Shown: positions 25,084-38,409 of the stretch, piece by piece
Position numbering within the stretch: the stretch's first letter is position 1
How the letters are laid out: each line of letters opens with the position of its first letter
Origin: Leidyana gryllorum EB-2025a
Taxonomy: Eukaryota > Protista > Apicomplexa
Direction: 5' to 3'
Assembly: GCA_048772705.1 (NCBI GenBank)
Contig: JBLWGC010000051.1
Location: forward strand, 304,268-368,267
Length of the DNA: 64,000 bases
Notes under the pieces: generated by a model
Databases searched by the model: none
What the model saw: the letters and a program-made list of their open reading frames with translations, nothing else
Told to the model about the DNA's origin: nothing
Translations under genes and position numbers: made by a program

Positions 25084-28000
25084 ATGGAGATTGTTTCTCG
25101 GGAACGGCCGCCGCCTCCGCCGCCCACACGGGGTCCACCTATGAGTATATCGGTGGCGCGATTGCCTCCTCCACCCACGATGTTAAAAATGCCCCCACCT
25201 CAACCACCAATTAGGTTATTATCCACTACCAATACACCTGGCTCAAGTGATTCAGCAGCGATAACAAGATGCGATTTGATGTGGGCTGCAAGCAACAATG
25301 CGGCTGGTGAATCGTTCACGCCAGTTCAAGGTTGCGAAATCCACCCTTTCGTTATTCTCAGGGACAAAGAGAACCACGGCCACGATGATGACGACTTGGA
25401 CGCCCTACGCAGCACCGGAATTAGGATGCACTACAGATGGAAACGTGGACCTGCTCGCGCAGTGTGCTTCTTCCATCCCCACCGCGTCGCTACCACACAG
25501 TGCACTATCACACTGAGATGTTTTTGCTCCTACCACTGTTTCGACAGAGGACACAAACAACTTCGACGCTTTTACGCATCGGGTGGCAAGTGGAGCCTCC
25601 CCCGTCAACCCAATGAGTTCACGTATGGTGTTCCCTGCAAAGCCATGTCCTCCGGGGACATCGATAGTATGCGGGAGCCAGACGAAACCCATTACCGCCT
25701 CCTTCGGCAAGCTGGTCTCGTCGTTGACCCAGAACAAGAGGTCTGGCAAGTCGTCAGCTACAATCGGAACTTCAGTCCGCGGAAAGAAGACGTGGGACAC
25801 CAACTGAAGTTCGAGTGTTGCCTCGTTTACGATCCTTCCGCCCTTCCCTCCGAGCCTCCCCTACCCGTGAAAGCATCCGCTGCTGCCACTGGACTGGTCA
25901 GAGTAGTCACCAGCGCTCACGATCAACCCTCGCTAGCCCCCAGCATATCACATTCCGAACAACCCACCAGGCCCCTACATGTCACCGGACCGCGAAGCAG
26001 TCCCGTTGTATCAACTTCTGGTGGCGATCCACGCAAGCAGTGTTTCGCTGCAACAAATGATGTCAATGAACAACGGTTCTGGGCAGAATTCGACAGCAAA
26101 CGCTCCACCGAAAACTCGGATTCATACCGAGTGGTGGCGACGAGTTGTGTGGTACCTCAAGCACCCTTTTCCGAAGCTCGCGAAGTGGTCCCTGTGGGCC
26201 TCTTGGCACTATTCTCTACCCTCCCAAGTGCCCAAACCCCTCAACGAGTTATCCCCGCTGGGTCGCCACTAGCTCGAGCTCTCGGTATTGGCCTCAGCAA
26301 TAAGCGCTTACGCATTCAGCATCAGCAGAGTGCCTTTATATATCACAACGATCCTGGAGCACGACTTTCAGCTCATTATGCCCATCAGAAATCCGCTCAA
26401 GTCCCCTCCATAGTAGAGCGACGCGAAACCCTCCTTACTGATAACGCTTTCGCCACATGGAGTCGCAGTTCTGCAGGCGGCTCCGCTGCTGCCAAGGCGG
26501 TAGCTGCGACTGCAAAAGCTAAGCACGCCGCGGGACGCGCTGGGAAAGCAGTATTGACGGTTCTCCCACGTGACCCTTCGGCAGCCGAACAGGGAAGAAT
26601 GCGAGGTGGAATTCCAGGAAAGATGAGTATCCAAGACTCCGGAAGTCACGCCGAATCTTTCACCGTGATGACCTGGAACGTGCTTGCCGATATATACGCG
26701 AGCGTTGAAGCCTATCCTTATTGCGACCCGTATGTATTGGCCTGGAATTATCGACGGGAGCGGCTCTTACACGAAATGCTGGCATATTCGCCTGACGTTA
26801 TTTGCTTACAGGTGGGTTTCTATATTCACCAGCAGTTTATATTCCTGTTCTCGCCCTCCCCCAGGAAGTCCAAGCGGACCACTTCGAAGAATTCTTTGCA
26901 CCGGCTTTGCTGCGGAAGGGATACGAAGGGCTCTACAAGCACAAAACCTCCAGAGTCTTCCGAGGCTCAGGCAAACACCGTGGAGGAAAGTTCGTTTGCG
27001 ATGGATGTGCTACCTTCTACAAGATACCAAAGTAAGTCAACTCCCTGAAGCGCAATGACGCATACGCCGGTTGTCTCAGGTTCAGGCTGGTTGACCACTT
27101 TGGGATAGAGTTCGCCCGTGTGATCCCGCCAAATGCTCGCGCATTTGACAACAAGTCCGATAAGAGGCTGAACAAGGATAATGTTGCGCTGGTCATGTGT
27201 TTGGAGCAAATGATTGTCGCTCCCAACAACGGGCGTGCAAGTGGTGGCAAGATGAAGAACGCCGCTGGGCCGCCCTCTATTGACCCAGCAACCGGTGTAC
27301 CCACTGGATTGTCAAACGTGACAACCAGCACTCGGCGGTTGGTTGTTGCGAACACTCATATTTTGGCCAACCCAGAAGCTCCTGATGTGAAAATATGGCA
27401 GGCCAATACGCTGACCACGTGAGTACTGAGGCTGCGCGATAATTCACAGTTCTTTCTATAGGGTGCTCACGGACTATATGGAGAAGTCTCTCACATTTCA
27501 TAGAGTTGAGGGAGCTTCGCGCGTGCCTGGGCTCGTTATCTGCGGTGATTTCAACTCCACCCCCGACGGTGCGGTGTATCAGTTGGTGACAGCTGGTGCG
27601 TGCGATGCCAGCCACGAGGAATTACAATCAAGCGATGTATATAAGTGGCTTCACGACATCAATCTTGGCCACGGTCTGAATTTGCGGTCGAGCTATGGCG
27701 CGGTAAGTGGATGCAGCGAGTATGAGGCGTCATTTCGCGATGTCCAGGCAAACTACATGCGAATAGAAGCCGAAAAGGCTCTTGCGCACAATGGCAATGC
27801 CGCACAGTCGACTGCTCAGCAACCATACGTGTTGTCACACGCCGCGTATGAGCCGGAATTTACCAATTATACGCACCAATACGTCGGTTGCCTGGATTAC
27901 ATCTTCTTTGATGACCGGTACTTGAAGCTGACTGGAACGTTGGAGTTAGTGAAAGAGCTCACACTGCTTGAGGTAAGATAAGGACTGGTTCTCGGTTGAC

Positions 28001-28115
28001 ATGTGTCTATTTGCAGGAAGCGCAAGCGCTTCAACTCAGTGACTGGGCTTTACCCTCCCCTCAACGGCCATCTGATCACTTGCCGCTACTGTCACGGTTC
28101 GAATGGATGCGGTAG
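25084..28115 (+). CDS. CCR4: CCR4-type deadenylase (EEP fold) with an N-terminal Cys/His zinc-finger-like region
   Basis: MTWNVLAD, DVICLQ|E, DGCATFY, ANTHI, GDFNSTP, FTNYT, LDYIF, PSDHLPL; N-terminal CFFHP...QC...CFCSYHCF. Confidence 0.9.
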
Positions 28116-28420
28116 CCAAGCCGACTATTGCTGACCAATGAGAAAGACCACCAATGTACAAGACATCCTGTTTGTTTGCGAGCAATGGCGAGCCACGTGG
28201 GAGCACGCCAAGCCGTCATACCACCCTGGCCCTGGACGACTCCTCTCGCCTGCTCTCTCAGCACATCACATTTCCCAAGTCAGAATAGAGAGAGTTTGCC
28301 GATACCGAACTACACTTATTCCTTAGCTGCCATATTTTCCCCTCACCTCCCCTCCCCCAATAACAGAGCCACATAAGCACGTCTCCGCCTACTTGTTATT
28401 CTACTCTTTCCTGGACCTTC

Positions 28421-29130
28421 ATGTCCCGTTGGCAACGGTGGGGACTAAGACGGAAGCTTAGAGACGGGGAGGATCAACGATTTTCAGCAGAAGAGAGCCC
28501 CCCCTTGTTGAATTCCACGACCGCTAAATCCTCGTCCTTGCCGGACTGCCAAGGAAAGCCCCCACTACCGCCGAGCTCTCCCATCCACCGGAGGGCGTCG
28601 AGCATTTTGTCTCGCCGCACGTCTTTGGACGACGCCGCTCGTAGGAAGCGACAAGCCTACATCCGCGCTCAAAGTCTGGAGCACGTGGATGCAGAAAGTC
28701 TGCAGGGTCCGTTTCGTGTGCGACTGCCACAGTTGCAGTGGCAGGACGGGTAAGTGAGATTGAGGCTGTTGACTGACTTTGAACGGGGGGACAGATACGT
28801 CGAACTGGCTGGCATGACATTGAAAATCTACGACTCTCCATCTCCGCTGTTGCGACGTGTCGTATATGGACTGGATTTAACCAACCAAGAGGTACAACTG
28901 GTGCGAGTGGATGCTGGCGAGAGAATCATTGTGTGAGTTTGGGGGGCGCTGTGATTTCTTTGGTATTCATCATCTCTCGTTGCAGGCTCGAGAACGGAGT
29001 AAATGGAATAATCTTCTTGCAGGGTGGCGCACTGCCTCCGTACTTTGGTGAATGGGTGGACTTGTTGAAACGGAAGTTGATGTTCCAACGAGAAGTTGGT
29101 CCAGGAAGAGGGCTGTCACAAATAGGATAA
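28421..29130 (+). CDS. Small PH-domain-like protein
   Basis: Three exons; WQD|RYVELAGMTLKIY...LDL...GEWVDLLK resembles PH strands plus the C-terminal Trp helix. Confidence 0.55.
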
Positions 29131-30801
29131 TCTGCATCGCTGCACAGAATTCAAGCCGCAGAAGTGGTGCATTCGATGCAGGAAGCTTGTGATCGGGAAT
29201 CTGCTCATATTCAAGATTATTCGACTGTCTGTGAGTTCCAGCTACTCACGTGAAGATGGCCAAAATCAAGAGCAATCCGTTCATTGCCACAAATGAGCCC
29301 GATTCAATGGAGAGATCGTACATGGGCGTGAGCAAGGTATTGAAGATTCCCGCACACAATAGTGCGAGTCCCGCTAACTTTCCAATGTGCCGTTGGGCAA
29401 AGGTTGCCGTTATGAAGGAGTACCTGCGTGGTGAATTGGTGCTATGACACAAACGAAGGACGACCTCAACAACTGACCACTGGCTCTCTGCATAACTCTG
29501 AATGGCCAGGAATAAGCCTATCTGAATGTACGAGGCATCCCACCAGCGGCCGGGAAGTATCCGGAAGAAGCACAAAATAATGGAACACAAGGACATGATG
29601 TACATCATAATGAAAGGACCGAAACCATCAGTGATCAAACCTAATATGGGAGAAGTAACAAAAGACCATGGTAACATGAGCGAGAACCATTTCGAAGTTG
29701 CAGAGTCTAGCTGCTCCTCATGACTATGCTTGTACCTATAGAGATAATAATTATCGAATTTTCGTGTCCCTCCTGCTGCTACTCACCAGTCCATGACTAA
29801 TATCATCACTACGTAGTATCCCAAAAAGGGGGCGAAACAGTGCGATGTCGCGATCTCGGCGAACCCACTCCATTTCGGTACAGATCTGCTGCCGTTGCTC
29901 CCTGGTCTCGATGGTGATGGGGCCGCCGATGACTGCGATAACAGAGGCAGGTGAAGCGATGAATGCAATGTTTGAATGAAGAACGTCCCGCGACGCACAC
30001 GTTCTGTAAATCTTCTATGCGGGATCAACCAAGCAGTCAGGAGCAAAAGCGACAAGATTGTGGAACTCATAAAGCCGAAAACTGCCCGAGGAGACAGCAA
30101 TCTGTCCCGAACCGCCCAGTCCATAATCAACGGACTGAACAGAGAGAGACTACGGCAAGCTCCCAGAACACCGATGACCGAAGCTTCGCGGCCCGGAAAA
30201 AGATTCGCCACATCCAGAAAGCCGTAAAAGCTCACCAGAGCTCCACTTCCACATAGGCCCAGAGCCAAATGGAGAATTAGCAGACTATTGGCATAGGAGA
30301 GGGTGCTCAACATCATCCATCCCACAAAATGCATCGAGAATCCTAATACAGCGGTTCGCTTCGGACCATAACTGCATTGTGCATTTATATATGTTGGTTC
30401 ACGCCACTTCTTGAAGAGAGTACATACTTATCGAGAAACAAGCCACCCAATGCTGCTGATATGTATGTGGTGGTGGTCACTGCGTTATCCAACAACTCAA
30501 AAGCAGTTATACGTTCTCGGCACATCGGGTTCTCTTCTTGACTCGGCGTTGTGGTGGAACACATCCCCGCAAACGTCCCAGCCTCAGCCAGCACATTCTG
30601 AAACGGAGTCCAATTCCCGAAACAGGGAGCCGTCATCATGGACAAGGCGCATGCCACCAGCAGCAGCGTCACGGGGTGTCTCGGCAACGCTGATGGAGCC
30701 GCCGATGTCTCGGGAAAGGCCACATCTGACTCGCTGCTCGGCATAGACCGCCCCTCCAGGAGCGACTCCTCCGAGTCGCGAGAATGTGGAATGCGCATCA
30801 T
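29116..30801 (-). CDS. MFS amino-acid transporter, LAT3/SLC43-ApiAT-like
   Basis: FGNWTPFQNVLAEAGTFAGMC...C, GLFLDK|YGPK, ANLFP, GLITDGFG, TFAQRHIGKLAG; about 12 hydrophobic segments. Confidence 0.82.
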
Positions 30802-30849
30802 GCCTAGAGGTCCGGCTCGCTCTTTGGGACACCGACCTTCGTCTCGATT

Positions 30850-32860
30850 CTACACATCGACACCCATCAACCGACCATTGGCCGAGTTATTGGTGAGAAA
30901 AGCCAACCTGGAGCTCCCCACTATGCGTTCCATCTCGCAAAGATGGAGATCAGTGTCCCAATATATGACGACAGATCGGGTTTTGCTGGCGGCACCTGCC
31001 TCATTTTCAAAACCAACGACAAAATCGAGTAGTATGTCGGGATTGCTGGGAGGTGAGAGGCAGATGATGTGAGATGCGCCTGTGAGACGATGACGTCGAT
31101 GGAAGAGAAAACGTTCGGTCGTCACGAGCAACGTGCACTCCCCTTTCTTAAACTCTTGTTGTGTCCTGACAACTGAACTGGCCTTGGTGTACTCACCAAT
31201 CTTCTTGTAAACACCTGTAGTGTTCCCATCCTTCAGAATCTTGCAGCATTGCAACATTTCCAAATAGCTGGGCACAATCAACAGGACTGACTGGCTGCTC
31301 AACTTGGCATGGAGGTTATTGCAAAAGTGTGATTTGAAAAGATCCCAGAACCGCTCATGAGCAACCTTCGGGTCGAACTGGGCCCCTGTGGACTTGGTGC
31401 CAACAACGAGAAAGTGGTTGGCCGTCACCGTGTTCAGCTGGCGAGCGATCGTGGGCGTCGAAGCCTTCCACATGGAAGAAGCGCCCCTGAAATTATAGCA
31501 GTGCCTGTTCATGAGGCTGGACCGAAACAGAGACTTCCCATTGCCGAGAAAGATGGTCTGTCTGTAGTATTTTGACAGGTTCTCGTTCAGAGACTCGATG
31601 TAGAAAGACCGCAACCTCGTGATATCTGTTCCCTTGGGGGTCTTCTGCGGGTCCAGGTTCATCACCTCCAGAAGCGAGCGCAGATGCTCCTTGTTCTGCA
31701 TCTCCAACGCGTTCCACCGATCAAAGACGCACAACTCGATACTGCTCAGGAAGTCGTATTCCCTCGTCTCACTCGTTGACCCGATCAGAGTCCTGAGACC
31801 CAAGGGGGAGGCAACGATGACATTGGCATGGTACAAGTCCACCATATACTTGGAGGCTTTACGGGGGTTGACGGCCGAAAAGTTGACACCAACACGGAAG
31901 TTATCGTCGTTGTCCCCTCGAAAAGTCTCAACAAAGTCGAGAGGTTTGGGATTACCCTTCGTCTCGACCATTTGCAGTCCCACCTCGGCGTCGAGATCCA
32001 ACTCGCCACTTTCGTCAAAGGCGCACAACTCGACCATCATCTTTTCTTCGTCCTCAGTCTGCGAAAAGATTGAGATATAGGTGCAGCTCAAACACTCTCA
32101 TCATTACCTTAGCGCCTTCTGGCAACAGATCTTTAAGATCTTCGAGCCATTGTTTGGCTGTGAACTTAGTTGGAGTAACGATGAGGATACGTGCTTTTGT
32201 CCATCCCTCTGTACGAAACGATTTTTCCTTGCCATCATTACTCGATGCCTCATCCCCCGCCTGATCGTTGCTCAGTTGCCTCAAATGGTCCACCAGCCCC
32301 TGAGTTGCCATTAGATGCCGCATGAGATGCAGAGCTACAAGCCTGCGGACATGATCCACAGATATGATGTTCGAGAGACTAAAGTCCACATCGCGGTATT
32401 GTGTCAGATGATCCCACAACAACGGGAAGTTTACATAATCCGACGCTTGGGGGAGAGCAGAGGGGCTCGAGGTCAGACCGCTCAGGCTGGTAAAGGCGTA
32501 CTGCAGGTGACGTTCTTCCAACAGCTTCCCATCTAAGACATCCAGCTCGTTTAAGAGCTGCAGAAAAGAGGATTTTGACCAGAGAGCCTCGAAACGGCTT
32601 TTGAGACCCTCTTCCACATCGACTCTGCTCGATATATCGAGAGTAGCGAACTCTTGTGAACACTCTTCCCCATCACCATCAACCAATTCCTCCCGAATGG
32701 CTCGAAAGTTCGATGGGAGCGAGTTTTGATACGTCCAGAAAGCTGGGAATGCGGTCGAGTCAAGCCAAGTTGCGGTCTTGTGCTGCTTCTTCTTCTTCTT
32801 GCTGACCGAAGTGGCAGCAGCCCGCTCCAGCCGACGCTTCCCTTTCCCCGCCGAGCTCAT
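30850..32860 (-). CDS. UTP25: U3 snoRNA-associated protein Utp25/DIEXF
   Basis: YRDV, GWTKARILIVTP, FRGDNDDNFRVG, IVASPLGLR, DFLSSIE, YYRQTI, TERFLFHRR; one intron. Confidence 0.92.
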
Positions 32861-32884
32861 CTTTTTTAAAAGACTTTTTTGGCG
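32861..32884. promoter_or_regulatory. 24-bp spacer between divergent start codons with T-tracts and an E2F-like TTTTGGCG
   Basis: CTTTTTTAAAAGACTTTTTTGGCG lies between two ATGs; the same TTTTGGCG occurs at 60187 in another divergent spacer. Confidence 0.4.
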
Positions 32885-34876
32885 ATGCTGGCACCTGACG
32901 ATGACGAGTCCGGGCCTCTGCCTCGCAGAGTTTGCCTACCTCCCCAGAGCAAACCGCCCGTTCGTGTACCGCCCCTGAAGTTGCACTCGTCGTCCTCGAC
33001 ACGTTCCACGAAGAGCAACAATACTACGATAATTCAGGCCGCCACACTTTTCACTACTGATGATGTAATACCCACGAAAGGCAACGCATGCAGCCCGGCA
33101 GCACCTGTCAAAGTGGACATCACTAAAGGTAATAATGTTATCCACCCGCAAGTGTGCTCTCCCTCACTATTCCCCTGTTTGCTTACTCTCAGGTAGATCG
33201 TACCTCGACCTCAGATTGTACAACTACAAACAAGGTCCAACCGCAAACGTCCCTCTTCAAGTTCCATCGCACCCTCACAATCCCTCCGCCATCAAGCCAT
33301 ATCCCCATGAACGCAAACCAAAAAAATGGGGCTTCTCCTACTGGTGCTGTGGGGCTGCATAACCAGCAAGCGAAGCTCCCACCTCGCGGTGGAGATGCAG
33401 GTAAGAGTGCCACCGGGCAAGACGTTCAGATTCGTAATCCACAGGAGAATGCCAACTGCTGGTCAACAATCTGATCAATCACATTCGAATCAAGTCGAAG
33501 CCAGAGGTCATAGTGGACGAGCTGCGCACGCTCGGAGACGCGCTCAACGTGGCTCTAATGCGCTTCAGAGAGATGGCCCAATCCGAGTATGTCTGTAGAT
33601 TGGAACTGGAGAACTGTACGCGTACTGTGGTGGAACAACATTCCAAGCTACAAGATGAGGCAGTACGACTCAGCTTGCTGCGCGAGGAGAATGTAACGTT
33701 GACGAACCGCTTGAATGAGTCGCTGGCGAGCAATCTGTATCTGACCAAGAGGCTGGAGGATGTGAACTCAGCTGCCTCCGCTGCCTCGGCCTCTGAACTG
33801 GCTTCACTCGAGCGAGATCTCGTGCACACAAAAATGCGGCTGGCAGAACAAACAGTAAGTTAAAGCCCGGCAAACTGCTCATGACTCGATTGCTACAGAC
33901 CCAGACTGAGTTGGCTCAAAAGTTGGTACGGTACTACGAGAAACATCTGGAGACGTGTGATCCAAACTACATCATCCCTTTGGGCGACAAGAATCAAATA
34001 CAAGACTTGCAGCTTGGAGAAGTACCTACGTACGTTCATGAAACACTTGCGCACAAACCTCGACACAAACACCGCACAACCGATTCCCCTCCTCGCGCCC
34101 GGAGAAACGTGGTGGCACCTTCCCTCTTCAGTCAGTCAGGTGCTTGGAATGTCCCCACCCGGTCTGAACAGGACTTGAGGTCCCCGACGATGCTGAGTGC
34201 CAATGACGGCATGAGCGTTCGATCACCCTCTGGTCTCAGTCTAGCTGGGACTCGTTCACCGCCTACTGCGCGGCATAGTCGAAACGGCCAGACTGGGTAT
34301 TGGAAGGGTTTGAAGCGCCGGATTGTCGGGGCCGCAGCACCGACTGGCAAATCCCACCCTTCACGGCCGTTAGGTCAAAGCTTATCCGAGGAGTTGGTGG
34401 GCCCGTAACATTCGCTGTTCTTCAGACCCGGTGGAAGCATTGAGGTGTTTGAACCTGGTCACCGAATGCTGGCGCCGATCGGTGAATGCGACTCACGGAT
34501 TGGAGGGGATCCGTATGTGACATCCAGCGCCAAGACGTCGCATCAGGACGGTTCTAAGGGGTTAAACCGTTTGCTGAAGAGGGTCACGTCACCATTTGGT
34601 GGGGGCAGCGGTCATTTCAAGACGAAATCCAGCGGAAAGATTTGCACACTCATGTCGGACAATCCGTCGCCCTCGATGCGGTCTGAGTCCCCGTTGAACC
34701 TCGAAGAACGACGAATTAGTATGTCTACGCCGGGGTACATCCACGTGACGGCTGACGAGGCGTCATACGCGAATCGTCGAGGGTCTAATTTGCGGATCTC
34801 TGGGTTTTACTTGGATAGCTTTACTGATACCTCTTCTAACTTATTCAGTCCCCCTCCTGCCAAACTCGTAGCATAG
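32885..34876 (+). CDS. Hypothetical multi-exon protein with a central coiled coil
   Basis: Chain of ORFs separated by GT-AG introns; coiled coil at 33513-33950. Exon structure is approximate. Confidence 0.5.
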
Positions 34877-34884
34877 CATGCAGC

Positions 34885-35838
34885 ATGTGTGGGAAGGAAG
34901 GAATGGAGGAATCAAATCCCGTCCCCATGGAGGTACCCCGTGACCTGCGTGCGCTCGAGGCTTACGGAGGCCATATCGACACGGCCTTGGCTGCACGTGA
35001 GATACTTCTGCGCAAAGCAAAATCGCAAGTCAAAGCAACGAGTGGTCCAGCCCCCAATAGGTCCGAAACTCGTTTGTTGGAGCTAGTAGATGAGATCGAG
35101 ATGCTCGAATGCATGATAAGTGACTTGAAGGCCACCGCCGAAGACCCCGATGGCAACCCCGACGACCAAGCACTCACCTCCATGGGTTGTGTCAGCGACG
35201 TCATTCGCCGAAACTTCCGCGAGGATCCGCGCGGTATGATTAAAAGGTTGGAGCAACGACTGTGTCGGATGAAGAGTGCAGCAGTGAAACTGGCCCTCGA
35301 TGCCGACATGTTGGATCGATCCGAGATGGAACCTGAGGAGTTGGATGAGATCTTGCCGCAAGTGTCGTCGGCAAAAATGGTGACCCCACCCACCCCTGCA
35401 CCTGAGCCCAAGGTGAACTTGGAGGAACGGCTGCAGGAGTCCCTCAGGTATAGTGAAAGTCGCAAACAGAGTCAGAGCAAAACTCCGACTGGGTACACCC
35501 CACCTGCATTGGCTCCTCTCAGCCGCGGACTGCGTAAGCCGCCGGTTCCCCGCTTCAGAAGAGGCTGGGAAGGTCCCTCCCCACCGAACCTCGGAGAATG
35601 CACCCAAATTAGTGAACGCATGGCCCCGCGCTCATCTCAGACTAGGAGCCTGAAAGACAGCATTGACAACTGCAAATCTTTCTTCGACCCCAAAACAATT
35701 CCCACCAGAGACGCAAACTCGTGGCTAGCGCGTGATCGGCAGACAGATGAGATCTCTTGGATCAGCGGACTGCGGAGCTACGAGCCGTCAGTGGACTGCA
35801 CGACTAAGAAAAAGTCTCATTTTGTTACCTCAGTCTGA
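34885..35838 (+). CDS. Hypothetical protein
   Basis: 317-aa ATG-initiated ORF that fills the space between its neighbours. Confidence 0.6.
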   Translation: MCGKEGMEESNPVPMEVPRDLRALEAYGGHIDTALAAREILLRKAKSQVKATSGPAPNRSETRLLELVDEIEMLECMISDLKATAEDPDGNPDDQALTSMGCVSDVIRRNFREDPRGMIKRLEQRLCRMKSAAVKLALDADMLDRSEMEPEELDEILPQVSSAKMVTPPTPAPEPKVNLEERLQESLRYSESRKQSQSKTPTGYTPPALAPLSRGLRKPPVPRFRRGWEGPSPPNLGECTQISERMAPRSSQTRSLKDSIDNCKSFFDPKTIPTRDANSWLARDRQTDEISWISGLRSYEPSVDCTTKKKSHFVTSV

Positions 35839-35845
35839 TTCAATA

Positions 35846-36328
35846 TCACAGCCACACGAAAGGCAAAAGCTGGATCGAATGAATCGCTCCACCCTTTTCA
35901 CCCACGATTGTCACATAGACATCGCCAAACTTCACTTGTGTGTCGATTGCCATTGGGGGCTCCCCAGTTTCGCCCGACCCGCTGTGCAAGAACAATGTTC
36001 CAAGACCCTCATTCATTCTTCTGAATCCGACTCCCAAACATGTTTGATACTCAACACCATCTTGCTCGAATAAAACCGAACCTTTTGTCTCTCGCCCTCG
36101 GTGTTGTTCCTCGGAAATTGCACCAGCTGCTTCTGCCAGCAGTGGCATATATGTTGGAAGAGGAATACGCGGGGCATGTGGTGTCTCCTGGGTGTGCAAT
36201 AAAAGGCGATCCTCCTCATTCACCACCACCCATCGCCCTGGCACCACCGTTTTAAACGTGGCTGTCTCGAGTGGCCCCCTCGTCAAAGAGATTCCCGAAC
36301 TATTGATTTCTAGGCCGTCCATCACCAA
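35846..36328 (-). CDS. Hypothetical protein
   Basis: 160-aa ORF with globular, beta-rich composition. Confidence 0.45.
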   Translation of the reverse strand: MVMDGLEINSSGISLTRGPLETATFKTVVPGRWVVVNEEDRLLLHTQETPHAPRIPLPTYMPLLAEAAGAISEEQHRGRETKGSVLFEQDGVEYQTCLGVGFRRMNEGLGTLFLHSGSGETGEPPMAIDTQVKFGDVYVTIVGEKGGAIHSIQLLPFVWL

Positions 36329-36344
36329 AAACTTATGACATAAC

Positions 36345-37500
36345 TCAACGAGACGTTGGCAACCAGGTAGCTTTATAGAAGAGTCCTTGCGGGGCGTAAC
36401 ACTCCTCGGCGTACAGGGGCAAACCCACCCCGACCAAGAGTGGATGGTTTCCCGCCACTCCTTGCGCCCAACCAGCTGCGTTCAGTACGGACTCTGGTAC
36501 TTCACAAGCGATCCCGTGGCAAACAATCATAAGTGGGGGACGGAGGTGAGGGGTAGCTGGGCCTGTGTCAGTTTCAACGGGGTAACTCTGCACAAACTTG
36601 AGGAAACTGTGACCAGTCCTCGAATCTATTGCATCGTGTTGGCTGGAAGGTGTCCCTGTCACCGGAAAATCATCATCAGTGAGCAGACGTGTACTCCGAA
36701 CTTCAGGAACATTTGTGGGCGTGAAGGTTGCCTCCCGACTCTCCGAGACACTCTCGCTGCCTTCTGCTATGTTAGTGAAGGTGTCAGTGCTCCGCAAAAG
36801 TCCAAGACGTTCATCGCCATGTCGGCACGGACTGATCGCGGATTGGAAGGAATCTTCGGTGCTCATGGGAGTACGCGTCTCCTCTGTGGGAGCACTGCGA
36901 GGAGAGGACTTAGTCGACTGTCGGCTCAACGGCTTTTGGCGCAACTCATGCTCGCCGTGCGCATGTCGGCACTGCACTCCAGCTCTGCAGCATATATCTG
37001 CTAATCAAGAGGCAGACAACAACGCACCGACAATATCCGGAGGCCCAAAATGAGCAGATCTCGGTTTTAAAGAAGGTGTCGGTTGCCTTGAGTTCTGATA
37101 GTGAATGGGCAAAGGGGCACCTTTCAGCCGTCTCATTACAGAAGCCGACTCTGTACAAAGAACACATTCGGGTTTTAGTGAGGTCTGGGGGAGGTCGCAG
37201 TTCCTCCTGGGAATGGGCGAATTGGCAAGCGTCGCCTTTCCAGCATGTCCCTTGCTGTTACACAGACATGTTATCCAGATATATTCGTAGTCGCACCTGA
37301 ACATAATATCTGCAGAACCTGGTCTTGTAGAATGCAGCCACGTGCCCAATTGATCCTTCAACAGCATCAGCTGCATCAACTTTGCGGGATGAGCGCTTTT
37401 TCGGATGTTCAGCCTTCCCTCTCGCCGACGATGGTGAGCCACGCCAACGGCGGGGAGTGGCTGTGTCAAATGGAGCACTCAAAGTTGCAGGATCGTACAT
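36345..37500 (-). CDS. Tandem CCCH zinc-finger RNA-binding protein (three fingers)
   Basis: YKTRFCRYYVQ|GTCWKGDACQFAH, KTRMCSLYRVGFC...CPFAH, FKTEICSFWASGYCR|AGVQCRHAH. Confidence 0.88.
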
Positions 37501-37742
37501 TGCAACTATCTGACAGTACCAAAAAGCGGCCAGCTAGGCTCGCCTGCTAGCGATTTTGATCTGATGCTCCCCATGTACTTGCGTGTCTCCTCAAAGTAAC
37601 GTGTGCGCGTGTACGTCTGTGGAGCACAAGCATCTTTGAGGTGAATGTAACGGTTCAATCAGTACCCTTCACAAATTTGGCGTGCTTTTTTCCTCCCGGA
37701 AACGGCTGACAACTATGGACAAAGGTCTTGGCTGACCGGAGA

Positions 37743-38314
37743 ATGCCAGTGCTCAACCCCACTACTCCTATCGAATCGGGCTCCTTGCGATTCCTCATAA
37801 TGGACGCACCTTCAGACGACGTGCTTGATCAGTATGTTCAGGTGAGTATACACTTCCGGATCAAGCGAAACCCTCAATGTAGGACATGAAGAAACACGGT
37901 GTTAAGGATTTAGTTCGCACTTGTGAATTGTCTTACGATGAAGGTCCAGTGAAAACAAGCGGCATACGATGCCACGAGCTTTCTTTCCCAGATGGAGAGG
38001 CCCCCCCATCCGCTATCATCGACGAATGGCTAGTAAGACTTTCTTTAGTTCGGTGTACATTGACTAATTCGCAGGATCTAGTTGATCATGCGAGCTCATG
38101 TGGTTCCTGCATAGCGATCCATTGTGTGGCTGGCTTAGGACGAGCTCCTGTTTTGGTCGCCGTAGCTTTGATCGAGCGGCAAGGAATGGATAATTTGGAC
38201 GCCATTGAGCTGATCCGCGGGAAGAGGAAAGGAGCCATAAATCGAAAGCAGTTGGAGTACCTACGCAATTACAGAAGAATCAAGAAGAAGGAGGGGTGCT
38301 GCTCGTTTATCTGA
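37743..38314 (+). CDS. PRL: PRL/PTP4A prenylated protein tyrosine phosphatase
   Basis: RFLIMDAP, FPDG, HCVAGLGRAP, polybasic tail and CaaX box CSFI; two introns. Confidence 0.93.
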
Positions 38315-38409
38315 AAGAACACATGCTGGTTTGCTTAATTGCCCACCCACAATCCGTCAGACTCGCAGCTCCATAGGTAGTGCGCTGAAATTGGACAAAG
38401 AAACATTGC

